A DNA stretch of 40,764 nucleotides from a virus (Duplodnaviria > Caudoviricetes). The stretch spans positions 1-40,764 of IMG/VR virus record IMGVR_UViG_3300024310_000017; one strand, written 5' to 3'. The position numbers and the translations under genes were made by a program. Below, piece by piece: positions 26,522 to 35,288 of the stretch (position 1 is its first letter; each line of letters begins with the position of its first letter). Under the pieces are notes generated by a model. The model made no database searches. It was not told where the DNA came from and saw only the letters and a list, made by a program, of their open reading frames with translations.

Positions 26522-26937
26522 ACAGCTTGCCATTCCCCCACGATAGTCACCCCATCGTCCGAAAGCCTGGGAACCCAGCGGTAATCGGTGGAATTATCCG
26601 GGCACGTGGCGATCCCGATTGCGTCCTCGATATCGGTGAGGCTCTTGGGCGTGATGGATTGGGCGATCTGATCCCCTGCGATTATGCTTCGCGCGCTGCT
26701 GCCTTCCTGGGTCCGGGCGATGGTGAATACGTCTCCAGTCTTGCCAGTAACGCGCACGATCTCGGCATTCGATATTCGTGGCGTGGTACCAGCGGGCCAA
26801 ACCGTGCAATTAAATGGCGGCGCCGGGAACAGTGCGCCATCGCCAGACGCCACTTCCAGAGATGTGCCGCTTGATGTCGGCGAAGGGGCGGAAGCGACCG
26901 TCGAATAAGCGAAGATTTTGTGCGTGTCGAAGGCCAT
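26518..26937 (-). CDS. Fibre N-terminal-type anchor domain protein (stand-alone)
   Basis: EIVRVTGKTGDVFTIARTQEGSSARSIIAGD resembles the motif I know from the N-termini of phage fibre proteins; no signal peptide. Confidence 0.65.
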   Translation of the reverse strand: MAFDTHKIFAYSTVASAPSPTSSGTSLEVASGDGALFPAPPFNCTVWPAGTTPRISNAEIVRVTGKTGDVFTIARTQEGSSARSIIAGDQIAQSITPKSLTDIEDAIGIATCPDNSTDYRWVPRLSDDGVTIVGEWQAV

Positions 26938-26940
26938 CGG

Positions 26941-27378
26941 TCATTGCGGGATGCTATAGCTGAAGTTAGTCACGCTGACCTTGGCATGCTGCTGAATGTC
27001 TACGGAGTTGAAGACCAAATCCGGATCCCTGGCGCCGGTTTCCTTGTCCTTGACGCTCGCCTTGAGCCCAACCGATCCATCCCAAAGGGCGGTGATCCCA
27101 TCACTCTGGAAAACCCGATACCACGTCGCCTTCCCGCCCGCGCGAGCGTCGAGGTCGTCCGTGATCGGGTTGGCGACAAGGATCGCCAACTGCGACGGCG
27201 CGAACGCGACCCGGTTCAGGCGCAGCATGCAAAGGCAAACCTGATCGAAGGGCGCAATTTCAGGGCTCGGAGGCTGATTGCCAGAATAAATCTTGAGCCA
27301 TCCATGGTTGGCAGCGACCGCCAGCGCGTTGAGCTGCACGTTGCGGGCGAAGAGGGATGTTTTGAGGCTAGACGGCAT
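26941..27378 (-). CDS. Conserved small virion protein
   Basis: ARNVQLNA...LKIYSGNQP...GKATWYR...DGSVG pattern of a phage structural family. Confidence 0.65.
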   Translation of the reverse strand: MPSSLKTSLFARNVQLNALAVAANHGWLKIYSGNQPPSPEIAPFDQVCLCMLRLNRVAFAPSQLAILVANPITDDLDARAGGKATWYRVFQSDGITALWDGSVGLKASVKDKETGARDPDLVFNSVDIQQHAKVSVTNFSYSIPQ

Positions 27379-29103
27379 TTAGTCTCCTTCCGCGAGTCGC
27401 GCTCCGATCAGATCCCCGGTGGCATTGCGATCAAAGATGACCCGCCGCCGATCGGTCGGCCGCTTCACCGTCAAATCCAGCTCATGGTTTACCCGGATCC
27501 GGTGCGGTTCCTCATTTTCGGCCGAGTTTCTGGCCGATTGCGTCTCCGTCGGATCCTGCTGGCTGGCCATGTTGGGTTTCGGCTGAGCCACGGCGTCTTG
27601 CTGCATCAACCCGAGCGCCTCATGGAACGTGATGATCTGACCCTTGGATCCGGCGTATTGAATCAGCGCAACGGCTGCATCGATCAGATTGAAATTCTCG
27701 CGGACGCGCTGAATCCTGATTTCTTCCCACCATTTGCCCTTTTTCTCGCAAATGGCGGCCATCGTGGTCGTGCCGATCCGCAGATTTTCCTGATCGGCCT
27801 GCTCGTCATAGCCGGCATCGACCGTCAGTTGTGCCGGTAGGTTAAAACCCCACTTGAGCGAATCCATCCCGTCGTAATTGCGCGAGATCAAGCCAAGCTC
27901 CATCGCGCGGGCGACGGCGAACTGCACCGCTCGCTTGGCGCGAGATTTCAGCGCACGCTGGCGGGAGGCAATCGAATGCCGGGCCTGGTCCTGGATGAGC
28001 CGGACGCTGGCCCCGCGCATATTGGACGGGTCAGCCAGCTCATGGAACCAACCCAGGGCATTCATGCAACGACGTTCAAGCCGCGTGATGAACGCCTCCA
28101 CGTTGGGATGAGGCACGTCCGAGCGGAACGGCTCCATCTTCTCATCGAGACCGGCTTGGAGGTAGAAGATTTCTCCACCCATGATTTTCTCGACTTTGAC
28201 CTCTGTGGGCGCGCTGTTATCGCCGGAAGTTCCGCCCCGAGTGGTGATTAGGTCGCCTCCAGCCGGCGCCTCGCCCGTCGAAGTCGTGTGGATGAGCCCG
28301 CGCGAGGAATGCAACTTGACCGTTCGCTTCAGAAATGTGTCGATGTCCTGCGTGTCGAAAGCGTCCAGGGTGCATTTGGCCATCCTCGGGACACCGCGGT
28401 AGAGCGATCTGAATTCCGGCTCATAAAGAAGGTGGCAGTTGTAGGCCGGGATGATCATGTCCTCGTCTGGAGCTGCCCCAAGGATCTGAATGCCCATGAA
28501 CCCGTCATTGCGATCCAATAGAATTCCGTTTTCGATCCTGGCCCCGTCGAGGGCACCGTCCTTCACTTCGGCCTTCAGGCGCGAACCGATCTCCATGGCT
28601 GTGACGTATCGCAGCCTGGGCAACCTGTTCTCGTCCTCCATCAAAATCATTGCATCATCGCCGTCCAGGTCGAGCGCAATGCCCGTCAAGAGAAGCGAGG
28701 TCGTAAAGTCGAAAACGCCGCCCCGGATGTCGCAGACCGGATACCATTGATGAGTTAGCCATTCCTGGGCTTCTTGCCCCCACGCTTCATTGGTGCCGTG
28801 GTAGTGCGGCTTCCAGGCATCGCCGATGGCATAGAGGTTTTTTTGGCAGATGGCGTATGCGAGATTGGCCATCTGCGCGAACAGCTGCCTGGAAAATGTG
28901 ACGAGTTCTTTCCATTCATAGTCGCTGATGCGTGAAGTGTTCTGTCCAGGGAATGGGCGCGGCCGGTAGTAGTCGTGCTGGCCGGTGGACCTGGGCGTGG
29001 CGAAGAGGCCGATACTCATCGATTTCGCCCCATTTACGGGAGGCGTGCCGGCCCTGCGGTCGATGAAACGGTAGCCGCTATGTTGTTGGTCCTCGTGGAT
29101 CAT
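27379..29103 (-). CDS. Portal protein, lambda family
   Basis: SRQLFAQMANLAYA, LDGD, IENGILLD, YRGVP motifs; follows terL-gpW. Confidence 0.85.
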   Translation of the reverse strand: MIHEDQQHSGYRFIDRRAGTPPVNGAKSMSIGLFATPRSTGQHDYYRPRPFPGQNTSRISDYEWKELVTFSRQLFAQMANLAYAICQKNLYAIGDAWKPHYHGTNEAWGQEAQEWLTHQWYPVCDIRGGVFDFTTSLLLTGIALDLDGDDAMILMEDENRLPRLRYVTAMEIGSRLKAEVKDGALDGARIENGILLDRNDGFMGIQILGAAPDEDMIIPAYNCHLLYEPEFRSLYRGVPRMAKCTLDAFDTQDIDTFLKRTVKLHSSRGLIHTTSTGEAPAGGDLITTRGGTSGDNSAPTEVKVEKIMGGEIFYLQAGLDEKMEPFRSDVPHPNVEAFITRLERRCMNALGWFHELADPSNMRGASVRLIQDQARHSIASRQRALKSRAKRAVQFAVARAMELGLISRNYDGMDSLKWGFNLPAQLTVDAGYDEQADQENLRIGTTTMAAICEKKGKWWEEIRIQRVRENFNLIDAAVALIQYAGSKGQIITFHEALGLMQQDAVAQPKPNMASQQDPTETQSARNSAENEEPHRIRVNHELDLTVKRPTDRRRVIFDRNATGDLIGARLAEGD

Positions 29104-29330
29104 GAACGATAGAGTCCTCCGTGAATTATCTCGGCAGCTTTATTCCCCTCCTCCTCTTTCACCAGGAGCGAATAAACCTCAACCGGATGTCTCGGCGTGC
29201 CGCTGAACAACGTTGAGACTCGAAGCGCAATAGCTTCCGGAACAGAATCGCCTGGCTCCTCGCTGCTGGCTTCGTATTCGACCTTGAGGCCGGTATTATC
29301 GGTGATGCGCTTGATGACGGTGATTTTCAT
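29100..29330 (-). CDS. Hypothetical protein
   Basis: ATGA-coupled between gpW and portal. Confidence 0.6.
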   Translation of the reverse strand: MKITVIKRITDNTGLKVEYEASSEEPGDSVPEAIALRVSTLFSGTPRHPVEVYSLLVKEEEGNKAAEIIHGGLYRS

Positions 29331-29590
29331 GATCCATAGATGTATCGGGGCGTTGTCCTCCGAACTCGGGCACCTTCACCGGGCGGGAAATCGACCGGAG
29401 CGATCAGCGACAGCGCGTAGTAAAGCTGCTCGTAACGCTGTTGTGGGGTGAGCTGAACCTTACGAATGCCCGAGGAATCGCCGGCGCCCCATTGGATCAG
29501 GGTTTTGCCAAGGGCCATATCTTCCTGGCAGGCCGCAATCTGATCGCGCAGCCACTCTTCGGTCTGGCCAACGAAGTAGTTGATAGGCAC
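29327..29590 (-). CDS. Head completion protein, gpW-like
   Basis: Helix-hairpin-helix pattern, 87 aa; lambda A-W-B synteny. Confidence 0.6.
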   Translation of the reverse strand: MPINYFVGQTEEWLRDQIAACQEDMALGKTLIQWGAGDSSGIRKVQLTPQQRYEQLYYALSLIAPVDFPPGEGARVRRTTPRYIYGS

Positions 29591-29622
29591 GGAAAACGTG
29601 CCTTAGTCAAGAATGGGAAAAA

Positions 29623-29750
29623 TTAGTTGGTCACCCCTAGGCCACAAGGCCGGGCGAATAGCGCATCACTGCCGCAAAGGCGTATTGCCTGAAACGGGTA
29701 ACCCGAACGGCGAAGAGCGAATTACTGCGTTCATTACTATTGCCAACTAA
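29623..29750 (+). ncRNA. Candidate structured RNA between terL and gpW (unclassified)
   Basis: Closing stem TTAGTTGG/CCAACTAA with internal hairpins GGCC-ACAA-GGCC, GCC-GCAAA-GGC and TTGCCT-GAAAC-GGGTAA; no credible ORF. Confidence 0.4.
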
Positions 29751-29756
29751 AAAGTT

Positions 29757-31637
29757 TCATGGCGGATGCGGATTATCCCCCAAAATCCTCAGTTGAAAAG
29801 CCCGAACCATGATCATGGCCGCCGCGTCAAACAGATGATCATCCCGGAACTTTTCCCACTTCCATTTGCCTTGCCCGAGCTTGTCCTGGATGAGCCGCTT
29901 GCGCTGGCTATGCATCTGCCGAGAAAATTCCGCATTCCAATCCCCCGAGGCTGTCAAGAACTTCAAGCCCGCTTTGCCGTCGCGTCGGTCTATCACCACA
30001 TCCTTGATCCATGGATTGCTCCAGCGATAGACCGGGCATCGGCGGCCGGCGAGTTCCTTTAGCAGCGGATCGCCTTCCCGGAGCCCGAGACACGGATCGG
30101 CCTTCTGCTCCTCCGAATAGGGCAGCAAAACGGTTCGGTCTGGCTTGCCGGTCACCTTGACCTTATGCGTGAATCCGCGCAGATCAGTTCCCTCAAGGGC
30201 CTTCCACGGAAACCATGCAAGGCGCCCATCTGGAAGCGGCTCCTTCTGCCCCCGACGCACGCATTCCCGGATCACTTCCTGGCGCCGGTGCTGAACGTCC
30301 ACCATCAGATTCTTGCTTTGAACGCTGAATTCGACCTGCTTCTGCGCAATCTCTTCCCACGAATAAAGCTGGCCAGCCCAGCAGTTGAGAATATCCCCGG
30401 CCGCGCTCCACATCTGAACCAGCATCCAGAAATGGGTATGCTGCACGTCCACCGCGGCGAGCCGGTGCTGGAATAGAACCCCCTGGACCTCGGCGCCCCT
30501 GTCCGTTTGGCTGACGATCTCGATGGTCGGCAGCAGATCCACGCTGGAATGGCGCTGAATGTCGAAGGGTTCAGCCATGCGCTTCTTCCAGAATTCCCGC
30601 AGTGGAACCCGGTTGCCCAGTTTCTCCTGGTCCTTGGCCCGAAGATATTCCTCGACCAGAATTTCCCAGCGCACCTCATCGCAGGCGATCGAATTCCAGT
30701 GAAAGGAACGTCGCTCGTGGCTGGCATGCGGGTTCTTCGCAACGAACTTGCCCGTATCATTGAGCGCGCGCCGTTCTGGCGGCGTATCATGGATCTCGTG
30801 GCCGCAGTAGGCGCAGCGATAACGGATCGTTGGTTTTAGCCGCTCAAAGTGCCACTTGCCACCTGGCCGGGTATGCTCGTTGCTGTCCCAGGTCATGCCG
30901 GCATATTTGGGCTGGCCATCCGGCCCGCGCTCCCGGAGCCTAATCGTCCACTCGAAAGGCTGGTAAACCCGGCATTCCGGGCAGGAGAAATGCCAGACTT
31001 CCTGTGTCCCGGCATCGTATTCCTGATCTAGATCATCGCCCAGCTCTCCGGCCTGGGAGATGTTGAGCACCTTCGAGCGCCACGAGTAGTAAGCCACGCG
31101 GCCCAGGGCCTGCTGATACATGCCCGCGTCCCATTCCCAGAGTTCCTCGTTGATGATGAAGGGCACGGAGTAGCTTTGAAGGTTCCGCAGATTGGCTCCT
31201 TGCAATGCAATGAACATCGGGCCGAAGAGGACTTCATTCTTGCGCTTTTTGTGCCGGTGGATCGCGGAGAACTTCTGAGCGATGGCTGGGCAATTCTCCA
31301 AGAGCGGCATCGCTCGACGGTTGCCGTAATTGTCGGCGGCCTCATCGGTCGGAAACGTCCACAGCACATGCATGGGCCGGTTGCAGATGAGATGGCAAGC
31401 TGTGATATCGCCAAGGAGCGAGCCTCCGGTCTGGATGCCCTTGCGGGTCGTCACCACGCGGACCGAATCGTCCGCGATGGCGTGAAACGGTTCGATCAGG
31501 TAACGGGATTTCTCGACATGGAACGGCCCCTGAACTGCATACGCGCTAGGGAGGTTGACGTTCTCACGTGCCCATTCATAGATTGGACGACGGTCGGCGG
31601 GGCGCCAGGCTAGGGCGTTGGCGGCGAGAGGGGTCAA
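29757..31637 (-). CDS. terL: Terminase large subunit, lambda GpA family
   Basis: PIYEWARENV; Walker A variant KGIQTGGS; INEE; CPEC/CAYC zinc motifs; AVDVQ nuclease; DDHLFDA. Confidence 0.93.
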   Translation of the reverse strand: MTPLAANALAWRPADRRPIYEWARENVNLPSAYAVQGPFHVEKSRYLIEPFHAIADDSVRVVTTRKGIQTGGSLLGDITACHLICNRPMHVLWTFPTDEAADNYGNRRAMPLLENCPAIAQKFSAIHRHKKRKNEVLFGPMFIALQGANLRNLQSYSVPFIINEELWEWDAGMYQQALGRVAYYSWRSKVLNISQAGELGDDLDQEYDAGTQEVWHFSCPECRVYQPFEWTIRLRERGPDGQPKYAGMTWDSNEHTRPGGKWHFERLKPTIRYRCAYCGHEIHDTPPERRALNDTGKFVAKNPHASHERRSFHWNSIACDEVRWEILVEEYLRAKDQEKLGNRVPLREFWKKRMAEPFDIQRHSSVDLLPTIEIVSQTDRGAEVQGVLFQHRLAAVDVQHTHFWMLVQMWSAAGDILNCWAGQLYSWEEIAQKQVEFSVQSKNLMVDVQHRRQEVIRECVRRGQKEPLPDGRLAWFPWKALEGTDLRGFTHKVKVTGKPDRTVLLPYSEEQKADPCLGLREGDPLLKELAGRRCPVYRWSNPWIKDVVIDRRDGKAGLKFLTASGDWNAEFSRQMHSQRKRLIQDKLGQGKWKWEKFRDDHLFDAAAMIMVRAFQLRILGDNPHPP

Positions 31638-31825
31638 ATTTTTACCTCGCCCCCGGTCTGCCTCCTAATTTCCGAATGGATCTCATCCTGCGTATCGTAA
31701 AATTTCTTCTTGGCTCGTCTCCATCGCTGCAATGTGACTGCTGGCACGTCGATAGCTCGATAATCCTTATTGGTCGTCTCCAATAGAATTGGATACAGTT
31801 CGTCCTTGTAGAAACGGACCTTCAT
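31634..31825 (-). CDS. Small hypothetical protein between terS and terL
   Basis: ATG 31825 (MKVRFYKDELYP) overlaps the terS stop. Confidence 0.6.
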   Translation of the reverse strand: MKVRFYKDELYPILLETTNKDYRAIDVPAVTLQRWRRAKKKFYDTQDEIHSEIRRQTGGEVKI

Positions 31826-32340
31826 CCCTGTGCCTCCAATTTCGCGCTCCCTTCCTGCATCATCCGGCAAATCTCGTCGTGAACTTTCTTCATCTCGATG
31901 CGAATGCCTGCCGCGGGCATGCCGGCCAGAATCGGTGGCAGTTCGTCTTCGAGCTTTGTGCGCAATGTCGAGTTCAGGAGCGTGGAAAGTTCGCTGAGCA
32001 TGCGAGTTATATGGTCCGTGAGCATGAACTTGCCCTTGCGGACTTGGTTGTCGAAGCGGATGCGATCAAGCTGCTCCCTGAGCGTCTCGATCTGAAGGGC
32101 GAGCTTCTGCGCGCTCGGTGGCTCATCACTTTGGATCTCGGGGTGCGCCGCGAACCATTTGCGCCAAGCCTCCACGCTGTGATCGCCATTGTCCCGAGGG
32201 CGCGGAGCGTCGTCGTGCTCCTTGCGCCAGCGTGAAAAACTCATGCGGTGATGGCCGAAAATCTTGGAAAGCCGCTGGTCGCTGGAGACCCACAACGCTG
32301 CGGCGAGCTTGGAGAGCGGGGATCGTTTGCGACGCGCCAT
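31822..32340 (-). CDS. terS: Terminase small subunit (Nu1-like)
   Basis: N-terminal wHTH (QRLSKIFGHHRMSFSRWRK...AWRKW) plus coiled coil; upstream of terL. Confidence 0.8.
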   Translation of the reverse strand: MARRKRSPLSKLAAALWVSSDQRLSKIFGHHRMSFSRWRKEHDDAPRPRDNGDHSVEAWRKWFAAHPEIQSDEPPSAQKLALQIETLREQLDRIRFDNQVRKGKFMLTDHITRMLSELSTLLNSTLRTKLEDELPPILAGMPAAGIRIEMKKVHDEICRMMQEGSAKLEAQG

Positions 32341-32509
32341 GGCCTGTGTAGCCTACTTTAACGTTAATCGCTCGCTGGAGGAGCCGGGACGAGGATGGTA
32401 ACCTGGCGCCCCTATTCCACCCAAGAGATTCCTTTTCACTTTATCGTCAAAGTTATCGGTACAGCGCGCGCTCATTCGCCCTCGTCTTTATCGTTACCGA
32501 ATCACTGCG
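32341..32509. other. Probable cos/packaging and late-promoter region
   Basis: Non-coding gap directly upstream of terS, as in lambda; exact site not identifiable. Confidence 0.35.
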
Positions 32510-33172
32510 TCACGGTGGCGCAACCAGCGACAGATCCGCGAAGTCGCACAACGCAACCAGGACTGGCCGAGCTGTCTCGGCGAACACGCGCCGTCGCTCT
32601 GCGGTCCACTCGCCTTCCTTCTGCCGCGCCAGCCAGCGCTGCGCATCCCAGAGCCAGGACGGAAAGTCGCAGCGTTCAGTTGCGGCTTCGCTTGGGCCGT
32701 CCTGGGCGTCGCGTCGGCCAATTTGGCGAAGCTCCTGGCGCAAGTCGGAAACGCTCAGCCGATGGGCTGCGGCTTCCTTCAGCCAATGCTTTTGATCGTC
32801 GGCTTCCAAAGGCGCAATGACGACGTGATGGGACCACGGCAATTTGTCACTACGCAATGACAATGCGCGGCAAACCGATGAGCAATTCCGCAGCGTGCCG
32901 TAGGCGTAATGAGTCTTGGCAATGGCGTCCGCATAGGCCGAGGCGGCGGTATCGCGCTGGTCCCCCGATAGTTTGGCGATGTCGTTTTCCCGCCAGCGCT
33001 GATACGCAAGCCGGCCGAAGTTGAGCCAATCCCCCAGGAAGAAATTGAGATTGTCCTGAAAAGTTGCGGCGAGCGGTCCGAGTTGTTTCCACGTTTTTTC
33101 GTCGAGCGAATTCGTGAAATGCGCGCTGCGTCCGTCAAATTTGACCTGCGATGGAAGTTGAAGGCCGCTCAT
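32510..33172 (-). CDS. LmbU-family transcriptional regulator
   Basis: FFLGDWLNFG, YGTLRNCSSVCR, LPWSHHVVIA, QKHWLKEA...LSVSDLR match the LmbU pattern. Confidence 0.8.
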   Translation of the reverse strand: MSGLQLPSQVKFDGRSAHFTNSLDEKTWKQLGPLAATFQDNLNFFLGDWLNFGRLAYQRWRENDIAKLSGDQRDTAASAYADAIAKTHYAYGTLRNCSSVCRALSLRSDKLPWSHHVVIAPLEADDQKHWLKEAAAHRLSVSDLRQELRQIGRRDAQDGPSEAATERCDFPSWLWDAQRWLARQKEGEWTAERRRVFAETARPVLVALCDFADLSLVAPP

Positions 33173-33438
33173 TTTGTCTCGGTCAGTTTATTGGGTTTGA
33201 CGCTGAGATTGTCGGATTGGTTGTCGAATCCGAGTGCAACTGATATGAGCGCAAATTTAGCCTGCTCGGAAGTGCAAAGGCTTGCCGCATGCCTGCAATC
33301 CTTCGCCGCATGGCGCAAAGCATCTGCCTGAATGGCGTGAATGAATTCTTTAAGTGAACTTTCTGGTGCAGATCCCCAAAGGCCAGCCACGCGAATCTCG
33401 CTCCATTCTTGCGCTGTTTTCATTTTCTTTTCACGCAT
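33169..33438 (-). CDS. Hypothetical protein
   Basis: MKTAQEW...IQADAL; operon packing. Confidence 0.6.
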   Translation of the reverse strand: MREKKMKTAQEWSEIRVAGLWGSAPESSLKEFIHAIQADALRHAAKDCRHAASLCTSEQAKFALISVALGFDNQSDNLSVKPNKLTETK

Positions 33439-33947
33439 GTTTGATGGCGATGGTTTCTCAGCCGCATCTGAGCGCGACCTTGCTCCGATCTTTGCGTCCG
33501 GGTTTTCCGCAGCTCAAGCGCCTGGCTGAATCGTTTCTCGCCTTGCTTGAACGCCTGTTTGCTGACGCCGCAAATCCTGGCCATGTCGGCCGCGCTTTTG
33601 CCGTCCAAGATCGCAAGATTTGCCGCAGAAGCCAGTTGTCGAAGCGCGAGATAGGGCCTTCGCGTCGGCCAGAGCAACGCGATGACTGCAGCCATTCCTT
33701 CAGCGCGCAATTCTCGCTCTCGCGTGTCGACGAGGAGTCGAATAAAGTCACCAAGCGAGCCGCCAAGGCGCACAAATTCCCTGGCGCAATCCTCGACCGA
33801 ATCAAAGCCCGAGAAATCGAAGTGCGCAACGGCAACGCGCGTTGGCGAATCGTCAACCCACTCGACGCCGAAGCCGGCTGGCGTTCCGTGGGTAAAATCT
33901 TCAAGGTTGAAGTCCTGCGATCCATGCGGGGCGCCGTTGTGGTTCAC
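33420..33947 (-). CDS. Putative HTH DNA-binding protein
   Basis: KSAADMARICGVSKQAFKQ helix-turn-helix; basic C-terminus. Confidence 0.65.
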   Translation of the reverse strand: MNHNGAPHGSQDFNLEDFTHGTPAGFGVEWVDDSPTRVAVAHFDFSGFDSVEDCAREFVRLGGSLGDFIRLLVDTRERELRAEGMAAVIALLWPTRRPYLALRQLASAANLAILDGKSAADMARICGVSKQAFKQGEKRFSQALELRKTRTQRSEQGRAQMRLRNHRHQTCVKRK

Positions 33948-33983
33948 TTTGGAATTGAATGAGGCATCAGATTGGGGCGCAGT

Positions 33984-34406
33984 TCAAGCGGATTGTGGGA
34001 TTTCGCGCTTTGCGAGTTTGGTCCGTCTCACGATGTCCTCGTATGCCTTGACGATGAACTCGGCTTTGTCTGGTCGTTCTATGAGCTGCGCAACGAAATC
34101 GTAATCCCAGACGTAATCCACGCGGTAGTAGCGGCAGACTTGAAGAGCAGTGGTCTGCGTGAGCGATGTCAAAGCCTTGGAGTATTCGTCTCGGGCCTCT
34201 TGGCGCGCCTCCGGTCGCTTTGTCGCCCATTGGATGCACAGATGGCGAATCTTTGCCGTCATACGCCGGTACCATTCCTGGAAGGCGCCACAACGGTTGC
34301 AGCAAAGCCACGAACGCCAGGCTTCGATGTTCTGAATTGGGCAGTCGTCGTCCGCGGTAGCCGTGCCCGGGACGCCGCAGAATTTGCAGGTGTAATTGAT
34401 GGTCAT
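33984..34406 (-). CDS. Zinc-finger protein downstream of replication initiator
   Basis: CKFC...CCNRC; helicase-loader position. Confidence 0.65.
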   Translation of the reverse strand: MTINYTCKFCGVPGTATADDDCPIQNIEAWRSWLCCNRCGAFQEWYRRMTAKIRHLCIQWATKRPEARQEARDEYSKALTSLTQTTALQVCRYYRVDYVWDYDFVAQLIERPDKAEFIVKAYEDIVRRTKLAKREIPQSA

Positions 34407-34409
34407 GGT

Positions 34410-35276
34410 TTAATCCAGATCCGGCAACGGTATCGCATGAGCCGAAGCGGCAATGCGCGTTAGGGTTTCGCCGACGCTCACCGGTGGCTTTCCGCCCCCA
34501 GCTTGCCGATCGTCGGCCATTCGACGCTCCATGGCCCATCGCCAATCACCCACAAGCCGCTTACCCCACCACCAAGAACCATCTTTTCCCTTGGCTGCCT
34601 CGAACGATTGCCACGTCGCCCTGACCTCGGCGGCGCGGTAGTCTGAGCCGGCGAATTTCGCCAGCGCCTGTTCGAGCGTCGGCTTGTTGGTGAGCGGCTC
34701 CGGCGGCTGGTCGGCGCCGGCCAAACGCGGCCCCACCGGTGGCGCGGACCGGGCCTTTTCGGCTTGGCTTGTCGCAGCGAACCCCGGGGGTGGGGGTGGC
34801 GCGATAGCGCCGTTGCGACAGGGCTCCTCGGCGCGAGCGGCCGTCGCGCGCGCGCTCCCCCCTCTTTCTTTTTCGTTAGTCCGTCCATCGGATCTGGCAT
34901 TGCTTGCAGCATTGCTGATAGCATCCCTTGCTTTCTTCCACCTGGCCTCGGCCATCATTTTGCCCCTCTCCTTGTAGGCTGAAATGTGGCCTTGGTACTC
35001 CCGCCAACCCGGTATCTCGAAGCCGCCTTCGGTTTGGCGCAAGAAGCCAACCTTCAGCAATGCTGCAAGCATCTCTCCGGGTTTTCCCCACCACTCGACT
35101 ATCGACTCAATCTCCTGCGGCGAGTAATCGGCCAACACGCCCGTGTCGCAATGGTGAGCACCGCAGTGACACCAAAGACGAATAGGCAGCATCTCCGATC
35201 CCCTTCCGAGCAGGCCGATCAGTCGGCGAGTCTTTGGGTGGGTGAAATAGTTCAAATCTAAGTTTAGATACGGCAT
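34410..35276 (-). CDS. Replication initiator protein (lambda O-like architecture)
   Basis: N-terminal LDLNYFTHPK...IRLW...WREYQ wHTH pattern, low-complexity linker, helical C-domain. Confidence 0.75.
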   Translation of the reverse strand: MPYLNLDLNYFTHPKTRRLIGLLGRGSEMLPIRLWCHCGAHHCDTGVLADYSPQEIESIVEWWGKPGEMLAALLKVGFLRQTEGGFEIPGWREYQGHISAYKERGKMMAEARWKKARDAISNAASNARSDGRTNEKERGGSARATAARAEEPCRNGAIAPPPPPGFAATSQAEKARSAPPVGPRLAGADQPPEPLTNKPTLEQALAKFAGSDYRAAEVRATWQSFEAAKGKDGSWWWGKRLVGDWRWAMERRMADDRQAGGGKPPVSVGETLTRIAASAHAIPLPDLD

Positions 35277-35288
35277 AGGCCAGACATC

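Noticed and set aside
26920-27840. 306-aa plus-strand ORF and other long antisense ORFs across the late region
   Set aside because: They overlap well-supported minus-strand genes and show no motifs; expected in GC-rich DNA.
34895-34925. GCATTGCT repeats as replication iterons inside the initiator gene
   Set aside because: Only two short copies; position fits a lambda-type origin but the evidence is insufficient.
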